A stretch of 64,000 bases of DNA from positions 62,001-126,000 of the forward strand of contig NW_020844865.1 in assembly GCF_003704095.1 (NCBI RefSeq), in the 5' to 3' direction. This DNA comes from Pocillopora damicornis (lineage: Eukaryota). Below, one piece after another: positions 10,149 through 22,899 of this stretch. A program made the translations under genes and the position numbers. Numbering within the stretch: the stretch's first letter is position 1; each line of letters starts with the position of its first letter. The notes under the pieces are model-generated. The model worked only from the letters and a program-made list of their open reading frames with translations. It made no database searches and was not told the origin of the DNA.

Positions 10149-13100
10149 ATGTGGGAAACTATCAAAGGTTTCCTTCGACGGCACAGAAGGAAATTTTTCA
10201 TCACAGGAGCAGTTGTCGGTGGAGTTTACCTGCTTAGTCGCTACGCAAGATGGCGTCTTGCAGAGTGGCAGCGACAGCAAGAAATGGAATACGTCGAACA
10301 GGCAAGGAAACAACACCATTTTGAGAGCAATCAGAGAACTTGTACCATTACGTTATTCTCCTTAGTGCCAAATTTACGCGATGCGTTGATGGAGAAACTC
10401 AACTGCGAAGCAATAACTGGAAAACTTCGTGAACGGCCTTCTAACAAGTTAGAGCTTTGGGAGCAACTGAAAGTTCTCAGTTTTACCCGTACTATAGCGT
10501 CAGTGTACTCATCATGCATGCTGTTTGTGTTCCTAAGAGTGCAGCTGAACATTATTGGGGGTTACTTGTATCTAGATAGCTTGACGATGACGGGAGAAGC
10601 CTCGAATGGAAAAAATGGAAAGAAGGTACACATTGCTGAGGGACTACAGAAGAGGTACCTTGCCGTGGTTAGATACCTGATGGGTGATGGACTGGATTTT
10701 TTGATAGAAGAGATCAGGAGAACTGTTGAAGGTAAAACTAATGGTTGATGGACTTCCTTTCTTTGAGCTATTTCCAAGCTGCCAAAGAAGATAGCTCAGA
10801 GAAATGGTTGTTTAACACTTACTAATTTGAATAGGGCACCGAAAATATATTTCATTCGACCTAACTCTTTCCCGAGAAAGTTTACATTTACAGAGTCACA
10901 CAGAAGAACTAATCTGTTGCAACCCATTTCCTCAATAGCCAGATTAACAAAAAAAAATACACTTAATCCTTTCATCTCAACATTATATTTTTACCCCTAA
11001 GTACACAATATTAATACATACATTTTCCTTGATTTGCTGATTACCACAAAGCTGTGAATCTAAGTATTAGCAAGCTACTTGTAGAAAATGTTGAAACAAT
11101 TTAGAAATTTGACTCCAATTCTTTCACCCATAGGTGAATTTGTAAACAAAACATGATGTGAGTATGAGAGCAATCTTTGCAGCAATGAACACTACTTAAA
11201 TAAGTATCAGTGAAAATAAGGCCTGAAAAAAATTTCAGCCTGTATGGGATTTGAATCCAAGACCTCTGCAATACCATTGCAGTGCTCTACCAACTGAGCT
11301 AAAAAGCCAATTGGCAGCTGGGCATTATGTTGTTTCCAAATAAACCCTTAAAGTGATGCATGAAACCTGATGTGTCTGTGAAATGCAGAAGAACTAAGCT
11401 ATTTGAATTGCAATAACAGATGAAGAATTAATACAACTTTTTTCAGAAATGTTGGTATAAAACAAAGCTTTGTGATAATTTGCAGCAGTTTAAAGGGGGG
11501 TCTGAAGCCTCAAATTGAACCATTTTAAATTATAAATCAAACACTTTTTTCAGTCTTTGGGCTCAACTTAGTGTTGATATATTAAATAGTTTTATATCGT
11601 ATCTTAACCCAGTAGCATTGCAGCTTAGGAAATTGATATCAGCAGTCGATATTATGTCACTGTTGGAGACACTCTTTGCTTCAAACCTTGCTTTTGGCAG
11701 GCTTATGAATTTTTGTGGCTCTTTATGGGGATTGAATTTGAAAATGGAATAATAATGCACAGTTCTTACAGAAAATTTTAGGCTTCAGGCTGGGCTAGGA
11801 TGGGCTGGGGATGTCATAAATGGATCAGTAAATATGTTTGTGTTGTTTATCTAGTCATTCTTTTAACTTCGCATCAACTATTTTATATGGTCGTCCATGT
11901 TCTATTTCTTTTCCCCAGTAATCACATTTGAAATATTCAATACTTTCATATACTGAATATATTTGAAAACCTTATCAGCTCAGTAGTCTGCAGGATAGAG
12001 ATCTATGGCAAAACTTGACGCATTTGTATACAATCCTGAGCCCAGTTTAGTGAGTCACAATGAGTTGTTACATTAGGTAATGTAGAGAGATGTGTTTGTG
12101 CATATGGTATGCTTAGTAAAAACTTTTTTGCAAACATGGTGTGAACTTCTTCAAGGTTAGTATTAATTTTATTTTGGGAAAGAATTAGTTTTGTTAGGCT
12201 TTCTTTAACTTCACTTGTGTAAACATTCACATTGCTTCCCACAAAAGCGGTAAAGTGATACAGTATTTACTATTTGTCTAATTCAGTTTATAACCATCAG
12301 TAATTTATTCACAGTGTATTGCACAGCATTTGCATGTACCATTGATTAGAGTAAAAGTAAAGTCATTGCAAAACATGGAGTAAGCTACCAAATACCAAAC
12401 TCTTAAAAGAAATTGGCTGGCAAAAAAAGGAAAAAGGGAACTTCAAATTGAATTTTCTGGTAAATAACAAGAAGTGAGTGAAATAAATACTGATTCATTA
12501 TCGTATTCCTCCAAAGCCAACCAGAAATGAATGCCAAAAAAATTACAATTTTAGGTTTCAGTTTTCCTGATTTTGACATGTCCATTGACTCAGCCAAAAA
12601 GAGTTTAAGAAAAAAATTTCATTAAACTTGATTCATGTTATGGTATGCGATAACAATATCATAAACTTAAGGTATTTGAGAAGTTGTGTATTACATTTGA
12701 TAGCTACAATACAAAAAGACTGGTTTGACAGGTTCCTGGTAATCATATGTTGGGGTGATCTCAAATGGTTTAAAACTATATGGCAATAATTTCATTCAAT
12801 TTGTTCATGTTGATATTGTTGTCTAGGTCACTCCTTGTTCAATGTCTTATTTCTCAGGTTCCTTTTGCAATTTGTCAAAAAATACTTTTCAATGGTTGCT
12901 GAAGTTTCCTAGTTGACTAAGGAAAATACCAATGTGAAGCCAATACATGAAAAAATGACCATCATGTTGATAATGTTTTAAAGCTTAATTTTTTATTTTT
13001 CATGATTTCATTTTCACCTTGTCTTTCAGACATTTTAGGTGAGATATCATTGAAAGAAAAGTTCAGCCTTGAGGAACTGACCCGACTCATCAAACACATA

Positions 13101-14346
13101 CGACAGTCAATGGAATTTCCAAACCACAGTGTACCTATCAATGGCAAATTAAAAGATGCTTCAAACCAGCCAACTAAGAATGGTCATCACATGAGACCAC
13201 TCACAAAATTCATGCTGCCCACAGATGTTGAAAGTTTGTGTGACACAGTTGGTAAAGAAGGAGATGATAACTTCAAGAATTTAATAGGGGAAACTCTTGA
13301 TATTCTGGAAAGTGAGGACTGTCTGTTTGTGTTAAAGATGTGTTTAGATGCTGGATTTGCTCATGTCATGCACAATATGATTCCCTTCTTTCAAGCTGAG
13401 GAACTAGGTGAGTTCATAAGCCTCTACTTTTAAATTTTACACATGTGTACATGCTACTAATACAAAGAAATACCTATTGCATGTACAGGGATGTAGAGAA
13501 GAGCTGGCAGCTGGAAAAAATTATCAGCTTTTCCTGAAAAAATTTCCAGCTGATGAATTTTGAAGGATGATATACAACTGCCAAAATAGATAATACATTA
13601 AAATATTGTGATGAACAAAATACACAATTGAAAACATTATGAAATTAAAATATTTATTTTGTTTTTCTTTGTAATACGCTTTGTGTAAATACATGCACAA
13701 TTACATGTATTTGTGTTATTTTAGTCATTGCATGTGACAGCACAGTTTGACAGTTTGTCTGAGATGTGAATTTATCCTACATTTCTGATAATCACCCTGT
13801 TACTTTATGTGTAGTCCAATCAAGAATCAATTTCTATTGGTCTCAAACTCAGAAATCAATTGAGTCATATTCAAAAATGCTTTTAAGATCCTTTCCTTTC
13901 TGTTTCATATTTGTAACATTTGAAATCAGTTTTCGTTTGACCAATCTCCGACAGAGAAGTAAGATTGCATTTTTGTAAGAGAAATAATTATTATGGAAGA
14001 GTTACATATATTCCTGTACTACTCTTACATGTGATTAGCTCGGTGAGCAAATAGGTCATGGTCCTTTCTGATTATTTTAGGTTGAACTCTAGTTAATGGT
14101 TAAAATTTTTCAAACTTATACAACTTATACCTGACATTTTCAACAGAACTTGGTGCTGTTGGAGGCATTGAGCTTGAATCAACCCTTGATCTCCCACTGG
14201 CCAAAATCATTCCTATTATTAATGGACAGATTAACCATGTCTTGTGTGACTCAGATAACAACTACTTCCAAGACTTGTTCAAGGTTGGATCTGCAAGAGA
14301 CTTTGCAGCAAACATTTATGAAGCATTTAGCTTTGAGTTGGATTAG
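10149..14346 (+). CDS. PEX3: Peroxisomal biogenesis factor 3 (386 aa)
   Basis: Exons 10149-10731, 13030-13407 and 14147-14346 are GT-AG, phase 1/1. Hallmark motifs: FLRRHRRKFFITGAVVGG, HFESNQRTC, KLELWEQLKVLSFTR, RVQLNIIGGYLY, LPLAKIIPIINGQI, FAANIYEAFS. Confidence 0.97.
11160..11360 (-). mobile_element. tRNA-derived SINE-like repeat in PEX3 intron 1
   Basis: The minus strand reads ggcttttTAGCTCAGTTGGTAGAGCactgcaatggtattgcagaggtcttGGATTCAAATCCcatacaggctg, giving A/B boxes with an imperfect cloverleaf, embedded in longer repeat-like flanks. Confidence 0.75.
11490..11797. mobile_element. Degenerate MITE with inverted termini
   Basis: The left end ttaaaggggggtctgaagcctcaaatt matches the reverse complement of the right end ...cctgaagcctaaaatt. 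Confidence 0.5.
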
Positions 14347-17089
14347 ATGTCTGCAAATAAGACAACATCACAACTGACCATACAGACGTAGAACAGGCCT
14401 TGAGGGGCCTTGAGACCTCAGACTGTAGATTTCCTCATGTGCTGTAAGGTTTAATGTAAGGCAGTAAAGGATAGATCATATGAAGATGTACAGCGCATGT
14501 GTAGCCTTTTTTATCCATCTTCCAAAATGAGAGCGTAGGCTCCTAAAGGGACTGGAGATATTTGTATCAGCAAGTAATTGAGGTCTCTGTGGACTGTGCT
14601 TTATTCCTAATTCTCATTTTTGGTTTATTAGTGGTAAACTTCTTACTTGCTTCTCAGATAATTGATCCATGCCTCCAATGTAAATACACATATCATAACA
14701 ATGATATACATGATTGTGTAACTACTGGTAATCAATACATACAACAGAAATAGTCATGATTCAATCATAAACCAATTTTCATACCTAAATATACCAAAAT
14801 GTCTTCCATAAGACCAATGCTTCCCTGCAAGTTGCAAGTTGGTATTATGCAATGTCTGTTTTACTTAAATGTAAAATTAGACTTCATGATTCTTGATGAT
14901 GAACCTGCAAAGATTATTTAGTTATTTATAGAGATGTGTTTGGGGGGGGGGGGGGCTCAGAAGACTGTGATTGGTTTAGCTTGTCAGAGTCAAGGTCTTC
15001 TTTATATCTGAAATTATTTCTGATAAAGAGTTTGTTTTGTAAATGTGTTATTTTGATTATGAAAACATGTAGACAGGAAATGATTTAATATATACTTTAC
15101 AATTTTTACCTTGCATTTAGTGTATGTCAAAAACTGTTATCTGACTGACAAAAAACAAAATGATGTGTCAGTAGCTAGACATAAAGTGAGCGATAACATC
15201 CTAAGAATTCAATTCCATTTTTTTAGTGTTACTGTGTTACTTTTTGTGTTTAACATCAATATGGTGATCTTGAGAATTTAGCCATAGTTTTGTTTTTGAT
15301 CAGAAAAATACATGTATGTATTTGCTTGAAGGATTACCAGCCCTCCACCTCTCCCTCTGAACACTAGTCATTTATTTTTTCTGAAACTGTTTATTTCATT
15401 TATGTATAACCTAGAATTCTTTAAGAAACAAGCATAACTGCAAGTTAGCCCTTCTAGAAAAGCATAGAGAGAGGAGAATGAAAAGAGGGAAAGTGAAGAT
15501 TTTTAAATATGATTACCAGTATATGTTTTTGATGTATAAGTGAAGTGTTTTACATTTCATTTGAGTTTTGTTTAAGTTTTGTTGAAGGATTCACTTTATT
15601 CACTCTGCATCTCGTTGTTGTTGTACAGCATTCCTGTTACTTCGTGTTTAATGTGCATTGTGATGACATAGAGTTTGGGGAAATAAAAACTATTGCTTAC
15701 AAAATCAATCTAGATCCTGCGCTAAGAATTAATAGAGAATGATGTGTATTTTATTGTCTTGGCTTCAACACAACATGGAAATGCTTGTCACTAAAATTAC
15801 ACCTCAGCATAAAATGCTCGGGTGTTTTTCCTGTTTCAAAATGGGAAAGAGAGCATATCCTTGTGCACACTAGTGCCATATCAGTTTTGAAGGTCTTTGG
15901 TCATTAATACACTTTGTGACTACATACCAGGCTGTGATTTCATTTTCCATTTTGTGTCAAATGTTATTCAGAGTGGGTCGGGTTAGATATAGACTCGAAG
16001 TTATCACATGACACCAAAATCGCTCAAGCCTGGGCGCCATCCAGGTAGTTGGGCCATGCAGTAGACAGCAGATACCTCAGACCAGTAAGCCGTCAGTGAC
16101 GAATTAGAGAGGTTCACGATAGTCTCTGCGTCTGACTCAGAATTTTCAAGACATCTATGTGCATTTTCAAGGTATGGAAATGTGAAATTTTCTCTGAACT
16201 GCTACGATTAGGAGATTATGCTAGTTGACTATCTTTCAGCGCATTGCGAAGAGCTTATCACACGGCGTATATTAGAACGAACAACCAGCTGTTTATGTTA
16301 TTTTAAACAGTTAGATGCCCAGTTCCTATCTTCAGCTGCAGCAAAACACAGTGATATAAGTAACATCGATGGTATTTAGCTGATTAGTGATTTTCTTGGT
16401 TGTACCTTTTACATTCTTGGCTGTAGCAAATACCTGATAAAACCTAAGAAACTTGATACATTTACACCTAATGCGCTAAATTTATGATGATGATGAGGTT
16501 CTCGAGGAAAGATACTTTATAGCCTTTGTCTGACTGACTTGTTCATGGCGATAGATCGATGAGATACGAATCTTTAAGGATGATATGGGAGTCGAGTGAA
16601 GCTTATTTCGAGCCACATTGAGTGCAATGGAGCAAAAAGCGCCGCATAATCATCTTTTAACCGTGCTGCCCGCGTGGGACAAACGGCACCTCACAAAAAG
16701 ACTGACAACAATGACTTTCAAAGAGCGACTTGTGCTAACTAATCAGGAACTAACACTAAGGTGCGGCATCTCTCACGTATCGTCAATAAATGTGATGAAT
16801 TGTTTGAAATATTCACCTTAATCTAAAAAGTAACTTTTAACAACTCATAAATAACTTCAGAGTAGAGTAAAACAGGACTGAGAAGTGTTTTATCCCTGCC
16901 ACCTTATAATTCCAAAGGCTTCACAGAAGTCGCATCGATGTGAGAACTACAAAATCTCGTTTGCAAAGAAAAATCGAACTCTGTAGTTTCTTATAAAAAT
17001 TAGTGCGTCGTTCCATTTTACGAATCAAAATGAAATGCTAAAAGAAAATGATCTTTGCTTCTTCAAAATTTACAACCGGCTGGCTCTTT

Positions 17090-17340
17090 TTTTGAGCAAA
17101 TACCCGCATCTGATTGGTTGACTGCAGCTCATTTGCTGTGAAGTTGTGTCTACCTGTGTCACTGAGAGTTTCGCGCCAAAGAAGCGCGGCTGCGCCACTG
17201 TCACTAGTGCCTTTCAGCCTGCTTCACTCACCATGGCCATTTTCGTTGACTTCCCTAATAAATCGTCAATAATCAAACTGAAATCGATGGAAATTCACAG
17301 TGTATTCGACAAACGAAACCTGGAACGAGAAAGGAAGGTG
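17090..17340. promoter_or_regulatory. Promoter-like island (CCAAT, double E2F site, YY1-like motif)
   Basis: ATTGG at ~17113, TTTCGCGCCAAA at 17169-17180, GCCATTTT at ~17236 and local CpG enrichment. The target gene is uncertain. Confidence 0.4.
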
Positions 17341-20300
17341 TTCGAGGTCGATGATTTAATAGTCTTCCTATTTCTTTTTGTGGTTAAAAGCTCCCTTGTA
17401 GTTTCTCGTACATTCTGTCTAAACTAAACAAATAATTTGGGATGAATATAAGTAGAACACAATTTTAACTACTAATTAATCTTGCGACATAATCTTGTCC
17501 CATCTGATGGTATTTTGGCCGACATCTACTGCAAACAAATCAAGACATTAGCGCCAAATAAGCTTCTCATTGGCAAACATAATCTTTTATGTGCAACACG
17601 TTGTCAACGAAACAATGCGTCAAATTTTCCCAAAAACAAACGAGAGTCTTAGCGCTTTAATTACAACAAGAAACTAATCACTCAAATTTAGAAATAGTCC
17701 GTCTTCCGACAACAAAATAGTCGTCAAATGATCCCTAAAGTGCCTCAGTCAATTAGAGGAAGAATGGCGAAGTTTGTTCGAACAGACGGTTCTTTTGTTA
17801 GCGACTAGCGTGGAGATGAGTTAGTGAATCGGAATAAGTGGTGACCCACGCGTCTCTGCAGACACAAGTTTGATGAGTTTCTTTGAAAAATGCTTCGTTA
17901 TGGTGAAAAGGCACTTAAGGCTTTCCAAACCGTGACGATATTACAAGCGGCTGTTCACAGGATATTGTGTCAAATAAGTGGCACAAATACAAGGTAAGAA
18001 AGTAAACAAAACCATTTCTCCTTTTGAACAAGTCTTTCTGCGAGAGGCAACCTGTTATATGCTGTTAAATGCAAACTGAAACTTAATGCATTGGGAATAC
18101 AAAAGTTCAAGTTTGGAGCATTCAACTCCCAAGCTACAAAACTTATAAACTTTGCACTGTTCGAGCATACTATGAATTTCTGTCTTTGCTGGATAAACAA
18201 ATTGCAATGATAATTTGGTTTCGTTAGGATTTGAACTGAATGTTAAATTTCGTGTTAAGTCTCATAACACCCATTGGGATATGGAAAACTACTCAATAAG
18301 GTGGTGTGCGTAGTGAAAGTTGTAAATGTGGAGCTTGTTATTGCTCGTCACATTACCAACACGAACAGATCATAAAATTATAAAATCAATTGTGATACAA
18401 GTCAGCTTCCTGATACTTAAAAGAGAAATCGTTTTGATGGTGTAACTTGTGTGTTCAGGCTCCATTATATTAGTATATTGATACACTTTGCCGACAAAGG
18501 ATTAATCTTACCATCCCATAACTTTGTGAAGTTATGAGCGAATTTCACTGAAGCAACAAAGAGGAAACCGAGTGTCAACTTTTTCTAAAAACAGCTGTCG
18601 TAAAGCAACACAAAACAAAACAAATAGCAACAAAAATAACAACAATTTGGTCTTCTCCGCAGAAACTTGACACTAGGTTGAACTCAAATGTAAAATTAAC
18701 ATATAAAGTGCTGAAATAACCGTAAAAATATGCATTTATACACTAAACATATCCTACCTTTCCTGATAAGAATAACAATGAGAGAGCTTAGCATGTAATC
18801 AGATCCTCGTCCACCCATATCTATGAAGTAACGTTTGAATTGTTTAGAGATATTTTGCATGGCAGATGTTTTTTCTCCTTTAAGTTTCTCAGTTTTGCGC
18901 AGAAATTCACCGCGCATCCGGCCGATAGTGGGACAGATTCTATTTTGTTTTCATTTCATTTTTCATATTTCAAGAGGAATAGTACTTGCTGAATGTCGGC
19001 CGAAAGTCTGAAGTTTGAAAATTGTCTTGTGCATCAAACTCTGAGTTTCTTTGAGATCTAAGGGATACTTAAATTATTTTCGAGTGAAACAGAAAACTGA
19101 ACGAATTGATGAAGACATGTTAGAGGCTTAAAAGAAGTTGAGATGAAAGCTTTATGGCTCGTCTAACATTTTATTACGCAAACAAGATAAATCTCCCCGC
19201 ACCCTTTATAGAGAAACAAGTCCATTCTCCTGGTTGGTTTTCGTAGCCATTCCAAAAGTATTCAAAAGCGTTTTATTGGAGTTTCCTTCATTCCCAGTTG
19301 TTACTGATATGTCTTTATTATATCAAGTATGGTAGAAATTCCGGATTGAAATTAATATCTATAATAAGACAAGTTGTTCAAGTTAAACAAAGCAGGAGTA
19401 TGGAAGAAGGATGACGCTGTTTCGCAGCTACGGCCAATTTATTCCATTTGATATAAGCCGTTTAAATCGTACCAAACAGGAACGTCAATCAATTTTCCCT
19501 GTGACTCCGCCTAACGTCAATAAACGGGGATCTGTGAATTTGAAAACTTAAAAAATGTCAATACCAGGCACAAAGGTTATATTTGTGAAAAGCAGAATTT
19601 ATAAGTGCTGTTCGTATTATTTAGTAAGTGCAAATTTTCTTTCTTTCCTACCGCTGATAAAGGGATTTGAAAAAACTCAACTTTGGCTTGGTAACAATGT
19701 GCATAAATTTACTGAGAAAAGAAAGCGACTCACCATTCCTCTGAAATATTTTTTTTCGCATCTTTTGAATTTCAATTACGGAATCCTACATAATACAGTT
19801 TTAAATGCAGTACAGTACCACACCTAAAAACAGAATTTCTGATGAACTTTTCGTTACGGTGAAAAATGCGGAAAAATGAGCGGTCCCCATCTATAAATTC
19901 ATTTGAGCTGCTTCTGTTTTCGACCAAGAATTGATATCGAGCACTCTTATCTACAGGTGTTGATGTTGTATTTTCTTAAGTTTTCTCATTACGTTTATGT
20001 AGTAATATTGTTTGGATAGTAAAATGAGAGATAAGCTTTATTTATCCCCATAAAAGACAATCTGTTTTATCATTGTTATAAGTATTGTAAACAAAGATGC
20101 TCGTAGAAGATATGCTAAATCAAGGACAAAGCAATTATATTTTCTGATTTGCCTAAGAAAGCCAAAGGTTGTTCCAAACTGAGCGTGGGTGGCTGCAGGC
20201 CCAGGTAAGTTCTTTGCTCTTCAAAGTGCGTGGTGTGCGGGATTTGCTCGGCCTTTGGAATTGAAGGCTAAGATTTCTATCCCCTTATAGTGTTTGAAAT

Positions 20301-22899
20301 TTTTTTTTCAGTAGGTGGCTGCTGGAAGCGATCAAATTCCATATGTCTGTCCATATGTTAAGTCGAGGATATCTTTCCTCATACACTCTAAGGTGATTTC
20401 TATCGATGAGGCAAATTTTATCTTTTCGGGTGTTCTGGATTTTAAGTTATAGACCAGATACACATGAGCCACATCGATATTCACGAATTCAAATTGATAA
20501 AGCGATTTCGAGACTAAGTATCTTAACTAGCTTCTACATCAAAGCACCTCGTTCCATTTATTTCAGCTCGAAAGTAAAGTATTAGATTGTGGAACCTTTA
20601 TTTTGCTGAAGGATATCCTAAGATATACTTCGCCCGTGGCAACGGGTTTTATCACTCAATTTTTACTCTGGAATAACCACGAAACTGAAAGAAAGTAGAA
20701 CTAGAAATATTTCAGCTGAAATGAAGAAGCTTTCACAATTATGTTTACGAAAGTAAAATCGTTTTTTGTCAAAAAAAGTGAACGCACGCTTTTAATGTCT
20801 TTGTTACCAATTAAAGTACACAAAACAACAGATATGCGACAAAAATAGTAATCTAAAACCTGTGAATTGCATTTCCTCAATCAAAAACACGTTCTAAAAT
20901 CCATTAAAAAACCTCAATTTACGTTCTGCCTCTTTTGTTTTTCGACTGTCTCTTTCAAACTGAAACAAATTAAAACGATTGGGCCCGCGAAATCTATTAC
21001 CAAATTTACATGTGCTAAAATTTATAAGAAAAGTATAACACTGTCAGGCGAATAAATATTTCTTTAAGAGCTAAATAAGCAACTTCTTGAAATGTCAAAT
21101 CAGAGAGCTTGTTCCTACAGAAAAACCTAAATGGTTTATTAACACATCATATAGTTGTTGACCCATTACGACACCCGAATGATATCATCAAGCTGCGAAA
21201 ATTAATAGAATCCTCGAGTGATGTTTTGGAAACAATAGTGATTAGGCAACCTAATAGTTTTCTAGCAAGTTGTGCAAATGTTCCTCTTCAAGACGTGCCA
21301 ATCTCGAGTCTTAATTTAGATTTTTAATTTCTCTTTGTGTTGGCTAGTTTGTAGTAACAACAAACGATTGTTTTGAGTGAAAAGGAATTGCGCTGACGCT
21401 TTTCGGCTAGGACTAAACAAGTTTTGATGTCTCCCACAGTCATTATTATCATACTATTGGATCTGGTTTTCGTAATGGCTTGAGTTCACAGCTCAGTTAA
21501 GCTTGTGGCATCCTGTTATCGAGGAACAATAGTTAAAACTCTCTTACCGAATTCTCGAAGGTCAACAAGAAGCTGTGTCAAAAGTAAGTTTGAAACATAT
21601 TAAGCACGGTGTTCGGTCAATGACATCTTTGTTTCTGTTTCATAAGTAAATGAAAGGTTTTTGCGCTCACCTAAGATTATTTGCCTCAAAATCCAAACCA
21701 AAAAACATAACGTGTTAAAGTTGTACAAAGGGAAGAACAGTTTCAGTAACACACATTTGATGCGCCTATTTTTTTTGTCCAGTTTCATTCCAGAAGTCCC
21801 TACTACCGAACAGTCTGGAGAAATGCTCCGTCACATTCTCTCGTAACTCACCAACCAGAAAACTGTTCTTGTAGCGTAGTAGAATTTTCCGAAGTGTTCG
21901 TGATATTGATCATTCCCCTTTCACTTACAAAGCGTCAAGAGGTGAACTTTTAAATGATAAGACTAAAACCGCCATACAAACTGTCTATGAGATACAAGTT
22001 GTTGTTGGAATACCACTTCTTAAACATTTACTATCAGAAAAAAAATGGAAACAATTTACGATAAATGTTAAGAGAAATTTGATGTTGTTCGTCGTGATTT
22101 TAAAGATAAACGTGTCATCGTTTGTCTCAGCTGTACTGAAGAGTCAGGCTTAGCTCGAAGATGCAAGCATTTGGGTGTTACTCTGTAAATTCGAAACTAA
22201 ATAAAGTTTATGTATGTCCTTGTATCTATCAATCGTGTGTTGATCGCGACTTTTCGACTGCTACACAACTAGTCTTCGTCAGGTGACGAATGTCTATTTC
22301 TTTGAGAAGCCAAGTTTGCGTTGGATACTTGTTTGATGGAACTCTGACCACAATTGATCTACGTGAACTACTTTGCCCTAGGTAATACGCGTTAGATTGG
22401 GTTCGTTTCCATGTAGTCACTAACTTGTTCGCAGCTGGACACCCTCTTGTAGCCTTGGCATTACAGTTTGATAATCATATTGATAGTAGTAACCGTATGT
22501 ATTCCATCAGTTGACTTCGCTTCTGCTTTCCACGACATGCCAGTGGAACTCACGATACGGTAGTCACACGTGCATTTAGTGCCGTTCAGCCCACAAGGCG
22601 AGAAAGTTATTATTTCTCTAATGCAGTTCTTCAGGGTTGAGTTTGGGCCTTCGGGTACTTTTTTATCGTGATTAGATGACGGATGTCCCGATTCTCCCTA
22701 GGTTCAATTTTTAAAGGGAACGGTTTATGAGATGCTTAGAATGATCAGACTACGTTAACTCATTGTGACTGGTTGATAAGCGTTCAAGTGCCGTAACATA
22801 ATTACATTAGGTAAACTTTCGCAGAAAATAACCTTATTGTTTCACCCATGCATCTTCAGATTGATTGACTGAACTTGAAAGGAGAAAATTGATTCCAAC

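Noticed and set aside
11237-11308. tRNA gene on the minus strand
   Set aside because: The acceptor and T stems are imperfect and the motif is embedded in a longer SINE-like repeat, so it is treated as a SINE head.
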